From IMG/VR virus record IMGVR_UViG_3300042940_001591: a stretch of 64,000 nucleotides of DNA, one strand, 5' to 3'. This document shows, one piece after another, positions 48,759-59,122 of this stretch. Numbering within the stretch: position 1 is the first letter of the stretch; every line of letters starts with the position of its first letter. Below the pieces are notes generated by a model. The model was not told the DNA's origin. It did not search any database and worked only from the letters and a program-made list of their open reading frames with translations. The position numbers and the translations under genes are program-made. This DNA is from a virus. Its lineage: Duplodnaviria; Caudoviricetes.

Positions 48759-50186
48759 TTAACGGTTCCAACCCTTTTTAGGGTAATTATCAGATAACCA
48801 TAACATTTTATCACTCTGTAATGCCTTATCAATTTGTCCTTTGATGTCTTTCATGTCGGTATAAGCAATTCTTACCAATTTAATCCCTTTCCTCATACAA
48901 TAGTCGTTTTTGTATTTATCATCCATTACACGTAATTCAAAATGTTCCTCGGTCTGATTAAAGGTTCTTATAAAATGAAATCCACCATCAAATTCAAATA
49001 TGGTGTTTAAATCAGGACAATACGCATCAAATTTATATCTGTAACATGTAATTCCTTTCCAAGCGTTTGTACAGTCATCAAATCTTTTATCTTTTATTGT
49101 GTCATAACCTAAAGAATAAAGATATTGTGCCACCGCATCCTCACCTTTGGACGTTGCACATTTGGAACAACCTGATTTACTATATAAATGGGCACCCGAT
49201 TTAATAGAAAAATCACCATGTCCTTTTTTTGGACAGGTTAGAATCACATCATCAATGGATTGTATATAGGGTGATTTTATCAAATCAATTTTCTCGTAGG
49301 TATATTTTGGTGTTCCATCTTTCAATTTATGTATACTACGAGAAAATTCAATCCATTCATCTTTTTTATATGATACTCTTTCTGTTTTCTTAAGTTTTCC
49401 ACATTTGGGGCAACCTACAGGTCTCTCTTGAGCAATTAAACTTTGTGCCAATTTCACATTAAACAAACCGTGTTCCACACCATTTTCATCTTTTTTATGG
49501 CAGATGATATTTCTCACAGGTTCTTTACCTTTACCTTGTTTATAAATCATTTGACTATAATCGTATGTACCCTTACCATTTACTTCTTCAGCCCTTTTTA
49601 TAAACTCCTCACGTGTACGTGATTTTTGAGTAAATACATTTGCACGATATTCATTGGAGCATTGTTTACAATACATGGGGTTATTCTTTGCCAAGAACCA
49701 CTGAGCTCTATTAATAGTAAATGGCCCATGTTCCACTCCATTTTCATCTTTCCTGTGACAGATAATATCTACAGGTTCTTCACTTCCTCTGTATTCTAAG
49801 TTAGAATAGTCCCATCTACCCTCCCCCCATCTTTCTTCCGCCTTTTTTATAAACTTATCTTGATTATGACCAAAACGAGATGATGTGTTCTCAGCACCAC
49901 ATAATTTACAACCATCGTTTCTGTTTATCATATTGTTTATTGCAGCCACTTGTTGTGTACCATGAGGTTTACCGTTATCACCTATTTTGTTACAATAAAA
50001 AGTTATAGGATGTCTAGAACCTTTATAAACTGTTTTGGAAAAGTCATAACGAGGAACTTTTTTACCATTAGGTAGTGTAACTAAATCATTCTTGAATTTA
50101 CTCTTAATTCTTTGCATAAATTCGTCTTGAGTAACTTTTGCGGCTTCGTCAACAACAGTTTCAAATATAATATCAATTAGTTTCAT
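48759..50186 (-). CDS. repeated Zn-ribbon (DUF723-like) domains plus Vsr/DUF559-like PD-(D/E)xK endonuclease
   Basis: Start moved to MKLIDIIFE; repeated YDYS..Y..ICH..HG..C..C; FDAY..FEFDGGFH..D..KN..C..LVRI. Confidence 0.7.
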   Translation of the reverse strand: MKLIDIIFETVVDEAAKVTQDEFMQRIKSKFKNDLVTLPNGKKVPRYDFSKTVYKGSRHPITFYCNKIGDNGKPHGTQQVAAINNMINRNDGCKLCGAENTSSRFGHNQDKFIKKAEERWGEGRWDYSNLEYRGSEEPVDIICHRKDENGVEHGPFTINRAQWFLAKNNPMYCKQCSNEYRANVFTQKSRTREEFIKRAEEVNGKGTYDYSQMIYKQGKGKEPVRNIICHKKDENGVEHGLFNVKLAQSLIAQERPVGCPKCGKLKKTERVSYKKDEWIEFSRSIHKLKDGTPKYTYEKIDLIKSPYIQSIDDVILTCPKKGHGDFSIKSGAHLYSKSGCSKCATSKGEDAVAQYLYSLGYDTIKDKRFDDCTNAWKGITCYRYKFDAYCPDLNTIFEFDGGFHFIRTFNQTEEHFELRVMDDKYKNDYCMRKGIKLVRIAYTDMKDIKGQIDKALQSDKMLWLSDNYPKKGWNR

Positions 50187-50301
50187 ATACACATATAAAT
50201 ATCCCATTAATATTAAGGGACACAAAAATTAAAGGGTCACAAATTGCGAACGGGGGTACCGGAGTACAAAAACCGTGAAAAGGACAGTACGAGGTTAGAA
50301 A

Positions 50302-50796
50302 TTAACGAATACCAACATAAACAGGATATTCAAATCCGTCAGGGTTCATAATGAATAACTGAATCAATCGGTGCCAACCCTCCCACATTTCCAATTTACC
50401 TTTCTCGGTGGGATTCATTACCATAATCAATGGTTTCTTGCTGCCGGATTTAAGGAGTTCCAATTGTTTCTCATGACGTTCCTTATCACCATCAAATAGG
50501 GTTGCACCCTTAATACGAGGTCCAATGTTATGTCTTGACTCGGAATCCAACTTATCCATGGTAATATGAAGGTTAGGGAAGAATTTCCATTTCATCTTCT
50601 TAAGTCCTTGCATGTACTCATACTTAGGATGATTAGGGTCCATCATCTCTGGATTAAATCTGGCGGTGGTATAATAAAGGTCATTAAAGACCCATTCAGG
50701 TACATCTGGAAGTTCCTTTCTCAATTCCCTATATAATCCACCACGTAGTTCGTGGAGGTCAACAGCGGTCTCATATAGGGTATTAATTAATTTCAT
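50302..50796 (-). CDS. ParB/sulfiredoxin-like domain protein
   Basis: KPLIMV..MWEGWHRL; MKLINTLYE leader. Confidence 0.55.
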   Translation of the reverse strand: MKLINTLYETAVDLHELRGGLYRELRKELPDVPEWVFNDLYYTTARFNPEMMDPNHPKYEYMQGLKKMKWKFFPNLHITMDKLDSESRHNIGPRIKGATLFDGDKERHEKQLELLKSGSKKPLIMVMNPTEKGKLEMWEGWHRLIQLFIMNPDGFEYPVYVGIR

Positions 50797-51140
50797 TAGA
50801 ACTGGGAGTTATACTTTATATTAGTGATGGACCCACCTTCCTTAAAGAACTCATATCTTTGTTCCTTCGTGATAGATTTATCCATGGCCATAAACAGGGA
50901 ATTAAAAGTCTTATCGTCGTAGGTTTTCTTACCGGTGGTTTTCTTCTCGATTAACTTCTGCGCCATAGGGTATATGGTCTTAGAATTAAACATCATGGTT
51001 TTTTTTAACTGACCAGCAGGTGTTTTCTCAAATTCACCGTCTTCTCCTTTAAGGAAACGATTTAAGAAACCCAATAGGGTTTGCTCGGGTGTGGTAAGTT
51101 TAAAAATTTGTTGTTCTGATATAATATCTAACAGTTTCAT
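50796..51140 (-). CDS. hypothetical protein with MKLLDIISE leader
   Basis: Leader motif. Confidence 0.55.
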   Translation of the reverse strand: MKLLDIISEQQIFKLTTPEQTLLGFLNRFLKGEDGEFEKTPAGQLKKTMMFNSKTIYPMAQKLIEKKTTGKKTYDDKTFNSLFMAMDKSITKEQRYEFFKEGGSITNIKYNSQF

Positions 51141-51141
51141 A

Positions 51142-51873
51142 TTAAGGTTGTTTATCGTACCACTTCTTTAATGAACTCATATAACCAGCAGTCATATGGT
51201 CCTTAATGTTCTTTCCGGTAACCATAGATTTAAGGAAATTCCAAGCACGTTCCCAATCAATCATAAATTTCTTAATATTACCGTTATAATCGATTCGTAA
51301 CATGTGATTGACGTGATAGTACCCTATGTTCGGAGAACGTGTCACCACGTCGTTATTATGGACGATTCTGAGGGTTTTAATCTTCTTACTGTCGTAGTTG
51401 TTCTTAAAGGTCTTATTACCGACCCTTGGACTCCCTATGGTACAACATTCAATAGTGGTATCCTCAAATACGTGGGAAAGGTTATAAGCACATAGAGTAG
51501 CAACTGCAGCTCCAAGACTATGACCACATACAACAATCTTATTATACCCACTCATCTTGGTGATGTCTTTGAGGATGGTGTTCTTAACGGCATCCCAAGA
51601 AGACTTAAACCCAATATGGACCTTGTCACCCTCAAGGATAAATGGAACCTTATCTATCGACACATCATTCTGAGCATCCTTCTTGGATGACGTACCTCTG
51701 AAGACCACATAGAGTGACTTCCCTTTCAGGGCAACAAATCCTTGGGTATCTGATTTCTTATCATCAATCCACTTAACGGATGTTAATCCAAGTGATTTGA
51801 AGTCAATGTCTTTTTGGTCTTTATATACAACGTCACATAATTGAACGTTATAGATTACTTCGTCTTTATTCAT
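51142..51873 (-). CDS. class 3 lipase
   Basis: VVFRGT, VHIGF, GHSLGAA, GSPRVG, DVV, DH. Confidence 0.85.
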   Translation of the reverse strand: MNKDEVIYNVQLCDVVYKDQKDIDFKSLGLTSVKWIDDKKSDTQGFVALKGKSLYVVFRGTSSKKDAQNDVSIDKVPFILEGDKVHIGFKSSWDAVKNTILKDITKMSGYNKIVVCGHSLGAAVATLCAYNLSHVFEDTTIECCTIGSPRVGNKTFKNNYDSKKIKTLRIVHNNDVVTRSPNIGYYHVNHMLRIDYNGNIKKFMIDWERAWNFLKSMVTGKNIKDHMTAGYMSSLKKWYDKQP

Positions 51874-51882
51874 AGTAATGTT

Positions 51883-52821
51883 TTAATTGGTTTTGGGATA
51901 TGTGGAATTATAAACGATTTTATCGTTTGTTTTCATATAGATTAATTTGTTCAATATACCAGGAATGTCATTAATTTTCTCAGTATCGGTTTTAACAAAC
52001 ACACGAATCAGTCTAACAATGTCAGGATTATCCATAACATAAGAATCTTTAATACGGTCATTGATTTGTTGTGTTTTAAATTTGGTTTCACCGTTAGTGT
52101 GATTGGACGGTGCAAAATGTAATTCACCATCAAACTCAATCAACATCTTATAGTCAGGAAGAAAGAAATCATATTCAAGTGAGTATTTGTTTTTAAGTCC
52201 GGCAAATCTTTTATACCTCTCATAATATATTCCTTTAGAGTCCAAATATTTTGCAACTGCGGCTTCACCTTTAGATTCAGCACAAGGAGGACAACCTCCA
52301 CCTCTTTTATGGACATTAGCGTCTTGAGTAAAAAATTCATTATGTGTTTTACAAAAAATGGAAAATCTTCGATGTCCGTCTCTTTCTCGACCTGGTATAA
52401 TATAACGTGGGTCGGTGAAATCCACCATAGTATAATCATACTTATCGGGGTCAAGATGACTTTCACGTGACTTCTCAATAAAGTTATTACGTAATCTTTG
52501 TGCTAAACATTGTGGACAACTTGCGGTCGGTTGACTAACCCACGTTCTTAATATCTTACGGAACACTCCGTGTTCTTGACCTTCTTTATCACCGTAATCG
52601 TATATTGCGTGACATTTGATAGGTATTTCATTACGAACTTTAATTCTATCGTTTATATCATATTGAATCAAACTATAGTCATACGGATTACCTTCAACAT
52701 CGAGATACTTAGGATTATCTTTAACCAAATTCATCAACCTCTCCTTATTCCAATCTTCTCTCTTTGGTTTAAGAGTGTTGGAAAGGGTTTCGATTTGTTG
52801 TTCGGTTAATATTATTTTCAT
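51883..52821 (-). CDS. DUF723-like plus Vsr-like endonuclease (paralog of 48759-50186)
   Basis: SKGEAAVAKYL, YDFF..IEFDGELH..D..KD; LTEQQI leader. Confidence 0.7.
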   Translation of the reverse strand: MKIILTEQQIETLSNTLKPKREDWNKERLMNLVKDNPKYLDVEGNPYDYSLIQYDINDRIKVRNEIPIKCHAIYDYGDKEGQEHGVFRKILRTWVSQPTASCPQCLAQRLRNNFIEKSRESHLDPDKYDYTMVDFTDPRYIIPGRERDGHRRFSIFCKTHNEFFTQDANVHKRGGGCPPCAESKGEAAVAKYLDSKGIYYERYKRFAGLKNKYSLEYDFFLPDYKMLIEFDGELHFAPSNHTNGETKFKTQQINDRIKDSYVMDNPDIVRLIRVFVKTDTEKINDIPGILNKLIYMKTNDKIVYNSTYPKTN

Positions 52822-52976
52822 ACTGTATATAAATATACATAAAAAAACCTCTACGTTGAGAGGATTAAATTTGTGCCCAGTATATTCTAGTATTATTTCT
52901 AGTTTCTTTATTCTAGTTCTAGTACTCTAGAAGCTAGTATACTAGAATAAATATCTAAAATTTGTATAAAAATAAA

Positions 52977-53207
52977 TTATTTTTGATTTAAACAAATTCT
53001 TCCCAATTCTTCTGGTCTTAGTGCAAAGGTCTGTTCAATATGTCCGTTTTCTGATACCATATGAACTACGTGAAGACCTAACTTCCTCTCTCCAACCTCA
53101 ATGTCTTGTCCTGATATAAATCCCATCTCCATGAGTCTAATTCTCATACATGGAACACAGTTCTCACAGTTAATTGATTTGGGAACATCTACCACTTGAT
53201 ATGTCAT
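52977..53207 (-). CDS. FeoA-like SH3 domain protein
   Basis: RIRLMEMGFISGQDIEV..FALRPEE; start moved to MTYQ. Confidence 0.65.
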   Translation of the reverse strand: MTYQVVDVPKSINCENCVPCMRIRLMEMGFISGQDIEVGERKLGLHVVHMVSENGHIEQTFALRPEELGRICLNQK

Positions 53208-53275
53208 ATAGTATAAATACATAAAAAAACCCTCCGTGTAGGAGGGTTTTTCATATAAGGAGTTAGTTTTAGATA

Positions 53276-53698
53276 TTAAATAACCTTTTTACTTTTTAAA
53301 CAACTATGTAAATCAGTCAATTCTGAAGTAACACTTGCAGAACCACTACCACTTGATGTTAAAAATCCTTCAATGGTCACCATGATTGCACCTGCAGCTG
53401 CAATAATTAAAGCTGGAATGGTACCCGCACCTGATGCAAATAGAGCGGCTAACGCTCCTAGTGCTGTTGCTCCAGCACCTGTAGTTAAAATTGCTAAGTG
53501 AGTATAACCATTACTTGTAATACAGTTTGTAATTTCACCTGCAATTGATGAGTTTCCCTGACCACTCTTCGCCTTTGCGATTGCATCTGCCGCCATTGCT
53601 GATGCTGATTCATTTAATGGTTGTCTATAACCATATGTGGCATGTTGTTCCAATATTTGTTTTCTTTCCTCTTCTGTTAAATTAAAGTTTTTGTACAT
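53276..53698 (-). CDS. protein with LTEEERKQILEQH leader and hydrophobic hairpin
   Basis: Ala/Gly-rich TM-like segments. Confidence 0.55.
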   Translation of the reverse strand: MYKNFNLTEEERKQILEQHATYGYRQPLNESASAMAADAIAKAKSGQGNSSIAGEITNCITSNGYTHLAILTTGAGATALGALAALFASGAGTIPALIIAAAGAIMVTIEGFLTSSGSGSASVTSELTDLHSCLKSKKVI

Positions 53699-53735
53699 TG
53701 TAGTATTTGTTTTTTTTATAAATATCCTGAAATTT

Positions 53736-54221
53736 TTATTCTGATGCCCAATCTGTGTGATTATCGTCGAATTGACTACATTGATAAAATCTTTCTGAAT
53801 GTTCCTTAATTTTATTTTGTATCATACCAATAATTTTTGGATCGCCTTGTTGTATTAAATCACGGATTTCATCAATTGATTTATTTGTTTTTGTAAAATG
53901 AATCCATATCTTACCTCCTGATTTGTGTCTATCTTTAATTGGTACATTTCTCATAGGGACATTTATAAGACCTTGACAAATTTTATGTAATCCCATTTTT
54001 CCTGTAAGTGGATCCTTTTTAGGAATATCCTTTTCAATCAAGTGTAAATCTTTTTTAATATCAAAGTTTGAAAGAAATTGGCAACCTAAAAGTTTATTGT
54101 AGGTATTATTTAATTCTAATAGTTTCTTTTCGTAATCTACTCTATTGGTATTTTCTTTAATAATTTTACTAATGTATCTTTTCAAATCAGATTCCGTAAG
54201 TCTTATAATCTTATTATTCAT
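53736..54221 (-). CDS. hypothetical protein with RLTESDLK leader
   Basis: Leader motif. Confidence 0.55.
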   Translation of the reverse strand: MNNKIIRLTESDLKRYISKIIKENTNRVDYEKKLLELNNTYNKLLGCQFLSNFDIKKDLHLIEKDIPKKDPLTGKMGLHKICQGLINVPMRNVPIKDRHKSGGKIWIHFTKTNKSIDEIRDLIQQGDPKIIGMIQNKIKEHSERFYQCSQFDDNHTDWASE

Positions 54222-54344
54222 AGTAATAAATATAAAAAAATCTGGAAAATTTTTTTTTCACTTTTTAGACATATATTTCCATTTACAAGTTTTTACCCCC
54301 CGAATGTATAGGGATATTATAGGAATTAGAAATATAGTTCTAAT

Positions 54345-54851
54345 TTATAGAATTTTATTGGACTTCTCCCAGTTGTCTTCTGCCCACAATGGTTGGAGGT
54401 TTGTATAGTGACATAGTTTAGCAACATCCTCAGGAGTCTTCCCAAAATCGATAGGTATGATATGATCAATATGCCAACCTTTTAAAGAATGGTTATCCCA
54501 CGTCATTCCATCTTGCCATTTGGATTCTATGTATACTTTAAATGTTAACCAATCACAACCTAATAATTCACCAGTTTTACTTGTCTTAATAAAGTTCTTT
54601 CGTTTAAATGAATTTCTACAAATATTTCTACACATTTCTTTATAATAAAATAAAGTGTCTGTTTCAGAACGTCTACGTTTCATTTTTTTTCGGTCCCATT
54701 CCTTAACCTTTTCACGATACACTTCATCCGTTTGTATCCTACTCTTCTTTTGAACGTGTCGTCTTTTATTATAACATGATTTACATTTTCTTCGATTGTC
54801 TCGATATTCAGTTAAATCTTTATTAATATTACATTCTATACAGATTCTCAT
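54345..54851 (-). CDS. HNH endonuclease with N-terminal CxxC
   Basis: WHIDHIIP..CHYTNLQPLWAEDNWEK. Confidence 0.85.
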   Translation of the reverse strand: MRICIECNINKDLTEYRDNRRKCKSCYNKRRHVQKKSRIQTDEVYREKVKEWDRKKMKRRRSETDTLFYYKEMCRNICRNSFKRKNFIKTSKTGELLGCDWLTFKVYIESKWQDGMTWDNHSLKGWHIDHIIPIDFGKTPEDVAKLCHYTNLQPLWAEDNWEKSNKIL

Positions 54852-54899
54852 ATGGTATATAATATACTCAAAAAAGTCGAATTCCCCAAAAAAATCCCA

Positions 54900-55135
54900 A
54901 AAATTTTTATTTTTAAATCTTAAATGTGCACAGTAAAAAGTCTTAAATGTGAGCAGTGGAAAACCTTAAATTTCTCAAAAAATTTCCGGAAAAATTTCTG
55001 TTACGGCATTGACCCCCCTATTAGGATGTCAAAATACCCCCTATATAAGGGGGGATACGGGGAGGGGGGACCCCCCACCTATGGGTATAGGGAGGTCTAC
55101 CCAGTAATAAGTCCCCTGTGTATCCTGAGGTCCCA
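54900..55135. other. GC-rich homopolymer/hairpin element at the transcription strand switch
   Basis: G/C runs (CCCCCC, GGGGGG), TCTTAAATGTG x2, AAAAATTTCCGGAAAAATTT. Confidence 0.5.
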
Positions 55136-55214
55136 TGAACCTTATGAAAACATTAACATTAGTATTTGGTATAATGAAACTAATGTTATATCTTTGTCTT
55201 CTAAATCAAATGAT

Positions 55215-55421
55215 ATGAAAAAAACTTATAACAGAATGTTCAATGTCGGAATGACATTGGTGTCCGTATGTTCCCTACTCCTATTCCTCGGTTTTTTGGT
55301 TGATGACGGGAGTATTCAACTTGATAGTAGTTATAATTGGATAGGTACCTTATGGACAATGGTATTCTTATTCGGTGTATTGTTAATATTAATTAGTGTT
55401 CCTAACACAGATTCAAAATAA
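55215..55421 (+). CDS. cassette 1: 68-aa two-TM protein
   Basis: Start moved to MKKTYN; promoter TATCTTTG 55189-55196. Confidence 0.6.
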   Translation: MKKTYNRMFNVGMTLVSVCSLLLFLGFLVDDGSIQLDSSYNWIGTLWTMVFLFGVLLILISVPNTDSK

Positions 55422-56198
55422 AAGATTAGTTCTCCCCCTCCCCCTAACCCTCATCGTTAATTCGGTGGGGGTTTTTTATTTCTCCCACTCCTCGTCCACG
55501 ACACGGTAACTTTTACAAGAAACCTTACTGGGTTATTTTGGAAGGAAACCTGATTTTTTTTCTGATCCTTGTTTTTGTTTACTGGGGTAATGCCAACGAG
55601 ATGAAAAAAAAATTCTCCGATTTCAGGAATTGGTTACTGGGTTGTTACCCCAGGAATGTTTTTCACGACATCCGGTAGATGACTCAACTGGAAAACAACC
55701 CAGTAAGGTTATTAATAAAATTTTCCGACGATCAGAAAAAGTTACCCTAGTAATGTTTTCGGATTTCCAGGGTTTTCTGGATTTTTGGGTCATTAAAAAA
55801 AGTTACCCCAGTAATAAAAAAAGTTTGTAAACAACAAAAAAAATTTTTATCTTTATATTCTAAAAAAAAAAATATTCATTTCGTCACCCCAGTAATATAG
55901 TTTTACTTTTCTCCGATTTTTTACTAATTCCAGTACAACCAAATTTTTTTTGAGTTTTTTTTATTTCAACACCCCAGTAATATTATTTTTACGAAGAAAA
56001 AAAAAATTTTTCCTGGTTTTCAAAAAAACCTTACTGGGGGATATAAAAAAATTTCAATGGATTTTTCAAATAACTTTACTGGGGTGTTACCCCAGGAATA
56101 TATTTCATGGGAACCTCACCTTCACAAAAGTTTAACAGATTTATTTTGGAATAAACTGGTAATAGTGTTATATTTGTATACACTAAAAACAAAATGAA

Positions 56199-56537
56199 AT
56201 GACTACTGAACAAACACTAATGGAGTTGGGTGTACGAGAGTTCGACCCAAATCAAACTTTGTATGTATTGACAAGAACACAAGGGGGTGTACCTTATATG
56301 TGTTGGGGTGTTAAAAAACTTATCCGAATCGGTCTTACCGATGATGGTTATGTTAAAGGTATTCTATTGAAAGTTAATGGTATGAAGTGGAAACAATTCG
56401 TATTGATTACTTTGAATGGTTTAGATTATTATGAAGTTCGATTGATAAATGATATGATGGTTGTGATTGAAACAATTGACAACGACATTATGTTTGATGA
56501 ATTGGTTGATGTTATCGATAAGTTGATTGAGAGTTAG
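56199..56537 (+). CDS. cassette 2: hypothetical protein
   Basis: Own promoter and terminator. Confidence 0.65.
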   Translation: MTTEQTLMELGVREFDPNQTLYVLTRTQGGVPYMCWGVKKLIRIGLTDDGYVKGILLKVNGMKWKQFVLITLNGLDYYEVRLINDMMVVIETIDNDIMFDELVDVIDKLIES

Positions 56538-56937
56538 GTTTATGTTTTCATAGGTTTTTTGGTTGAATCCCTCGGACTTTTAGTTCGGGGGATTTTTGTT
56601 TGTGGAAGAATCTCCGTCACACTGTTGGACAGGTATGACATATTACTGGGATATTGAAGATAGAGTCTGAGGAAATTTATAACGATCACCGGTATTACAT
56701 TACTGGGATATGTGAAGAAAACTACGAGTCGTGGGACCATCATGGACGTAAATCAATTACTGGGTAATACATCCCAGTAAAATCGTTTTCACCTCTTGAG
56801 GAATTCTTCATCTTCATTTCCCCAGTAATACATTATCCCCCGTTTACCGGTTAATAAATTTTTAGAAAGTTTTAACATTTTTATTTTGTATATAATGAAA
56901 TTAGTTTTATATTTGTGGACACTAAACACATAAACAA

Positions 56938-57573
56938 ATGGAAACATTAAAAAGAAAGGTTGGTCGACCTCGTAAAAACGAAACGACAACATTAAGAAAT
57001 TTCGAAAATGAAATCTTGATGACAAAAGAAAAAATCAAAGAATTGGAGAACAAGTATTATCAAAGTGAAACCTCTTTCGTTAGTAGAGTGGATAAAATCA
57101 AGGATAATATGTTCAACAATTATATGATGAGAAGAAAAATCTACGAAGAAGAAGTGGAAAGATTAACCAAAAAAATTGTTAAGAAAGACACTAAAAAATT
57201 CGTTGAAGGTCAAATCGTGGTTAGAAAACATTGGAACAATGAGAATACCTTTGTTCTAATTACCAAAGTGTATGACGGAAATACTGAAAAACATTATTAT
57301 TGGGATTGTGGTGGGTTTAAGTATTGTACTATCGGTGTAGGTGGGGTTGGTACAAAGTGGGGTAATCATTGGTTTAACGATGAAGAAAATAGAAATGTTG
57401 ATATTGTTTGTGATACACGAAACTTTGTAAAACTTTGTGAGAAGTACGGAATTAAGAAACCGAAGTTAAATAAATCCAATATGGAAATTATTTATGAAAA
57501 CATATTCGGTAAGAAGTTGAACGACACATTTAATTACAACGACCTACATAAGTTGGGTATAATAACTAAATAA
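56938..57573 (+). CDS. cassette 3a: AT-hook-like N-terminus, coiled coil
   Basis: KRKVGRPRK. Confidence 0.6.
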   Translation: METLKRKVGRPRKNETTTLRNFENEILMTKEKIKELENKYYQSETSFVSRVDKIKDNMFNNYMMRRKIYEEEVERLTKKIVKKDTKKFVEGQIVVRKHWNNENTFVLITKVYDGNTEKHYYWDCGGFKYCTIGVGGVGTKWGNHWFNDEENRNVDIVCDTRNFVKLCEKYGIKKPKLNKSNMEIIYENIFGKKLNDTFNYNDLHKLGIITK

Positions 57574-57574
57574 T

Positions 57575-57832
57575 ATGGAAAGATATAGAAGGTCGTATTA
57601 CTCGGACGAAAACTTTATTATATCAATTTACGTTAATAACACTCCTCTTTGGGAAAGTACAAGAATAACAATTAAAAATGGGGATAGAAAACGTGAGGTG
57701 TATAAAGATTTTAAACATACTCACAAAGTTATAACCGACATTTATTGTTGTTTAATTGAAAACAAGGTTAAGGGTAATACAATACGAGAGATTATAAAAG
57801 ACATTACAAATAAAATCATTTATAAAGATTAG
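57575..57832 (+). CDS. cassette 3b: hypothetical protein
   Basis: Follows 3a by 1 nt, then terminator. Confidence 0.55.
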   Translation: MERYRRSYYSDENFIISIYVNNTPLWESTRITIKNGDRKREVYKDFKHTHKVITDIYCCLIENKVKGNTIREIIKDITNKIIYKD

Positions 57833-58167
57833 TATTTGTGGTGTTAGTGAAAATTGGGGTATCAGAAATGATATCCCTTTTTTTATGTCCAAGAATTTCT
57901 ACATCATCTTCCCATCCGGATATTTTACTGGGTTATGCTTCGTGAAGTCTGAAGAAATCTCCGATGACCATCAGTATTAGATTACTGGGTAGAACATCCC
58001 AGTAAATGATTTTTTATTTTTACAGAAATTCTTCGTCTTCATTTTTCCCAGTAAAATATTTCCCTTCAGACCGGTTAATAAATTTTTAGAAAAGATTAAC
58101 AGATTTATTTTGTATATAATGGAATTAGTTTTATATTTGTGTATTCTTTAATCTTTAATGTTATGAT

Positions 58168-58836
58168 ATGAACACCTTCAACAATCACAAAGGAACGAAC
58201 AAGAGTACGGCCAGGAATATAATGGTCGAAGCAATCCACAACTCGGAAACAAAGAACTACAAAATCCTATCTTTGCCAGCTGAACATTTTGAAATTGAAA
58301 AAACAATTTACCAGGATGTATCCAGAAAGTATCGGTATGTTATGTGCGAACGAGATGAACTAACCTTCGACAAATTAAAACGAAATATCAAGAAACAAAA
58401 AATGAAGTATTTCGTTGGGAAAACTCCTTCACTTTATTTTGGTTCAATCGGGGATATTATATACAATGCAAACAAAGGGGAGTATAGCCATTTGATATTG
58501 GACTATTGTGGTCAAATTGGTACATTTCACCAGGAACTCCAATACATTTTTAGAAACGATATTATCGAGGTGGATGGTACTATATCCCTAACATTCAACA
58601 AACGAATTACACCAGGACCTTCTACAATTTTTTGTAATACTATCGATAAGTTAAACACTTATCAAATACCGAAAGGTCAAGACAATGGTAAAACTATGAG
58701 GGTTATCAAAACTTTTATTAATCGTGAGGGTGGTTACAAGTATGACATTGAGAACATTTTCGAATATACCGACAACAATAACGGAAGTAGTAAGGGAGCA
58801 GCGATGGTTTTGGTTATTGTAAGACGAATAAAATAG
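58168..58836 (+). CDS. cassette 4: SAM-dependent methyltransferase-like fold
   Basis: ILSLPA..VMCERD..GSIGD..LILDYCG. Confidence 0.45.
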   Translation: MNTFNNHKGTNKSTARNIMVEAIHNSETKNYKILSLPAEHFEIEKTIYQDVSRKYRYVMCERDELTFDKLKRNIKKQKMKYFVGKTPSLYFGSIGDIIYNANKGEYSHLILDYCGQIGTFHQELQYIFRNDIIEVDGTISLTFNKRITPGPSTIFCNTIDKLNTYQIPKGQDNGKTMRVIKTFINREGGYKYDIENIFEYTDNNNGSSKGAAMVLVIVRRIK

Positions 58837-59122
58837 TATTGTTCTTGAAAAACTGACCTCCGTTTCTACGGAGGTTTTTTTATGCCCAAGATTTCTTGTT
58901 CTCCCGTCGATTCAGATTTATTACTGGGGGACGTATTACCCAGTAATTGATTTCAGGAGGAACCACAGATTTTACATTATACTCATTCCCCAGTAATACA
59001 TTTACGGCGTCGGAACCATTAGATAAATTTCTTTAAATAAATTTGGTGGTTTAATATTATTGTTATATCTTTGTATCAACAAAAAGGAAATAGTATTTTA
59101 TTCACTTTAAAATGTAAATGTT

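Larger units (their letters stand above)
5301..53724. promoter_or_regulatory. recurrent sense-strand TATTTATA motif upstream of late-type genes
   Basis: Minus-strand genes: 5301, 15045, 24344, 25565, 25846, 36389, 43939, 46801, 47536, 50194, 52828, 53212, 53717; plus-strand genes: 16532, 20894, 28359, 39204, 41237, 41248. Confidence 0.65.

Noticed and set aside
54924-55214. N-terminal extension of ORF 54924-55421
   Set aside because: Crosses the GC-rich element; the promoter at 55189 supports a start at 55215
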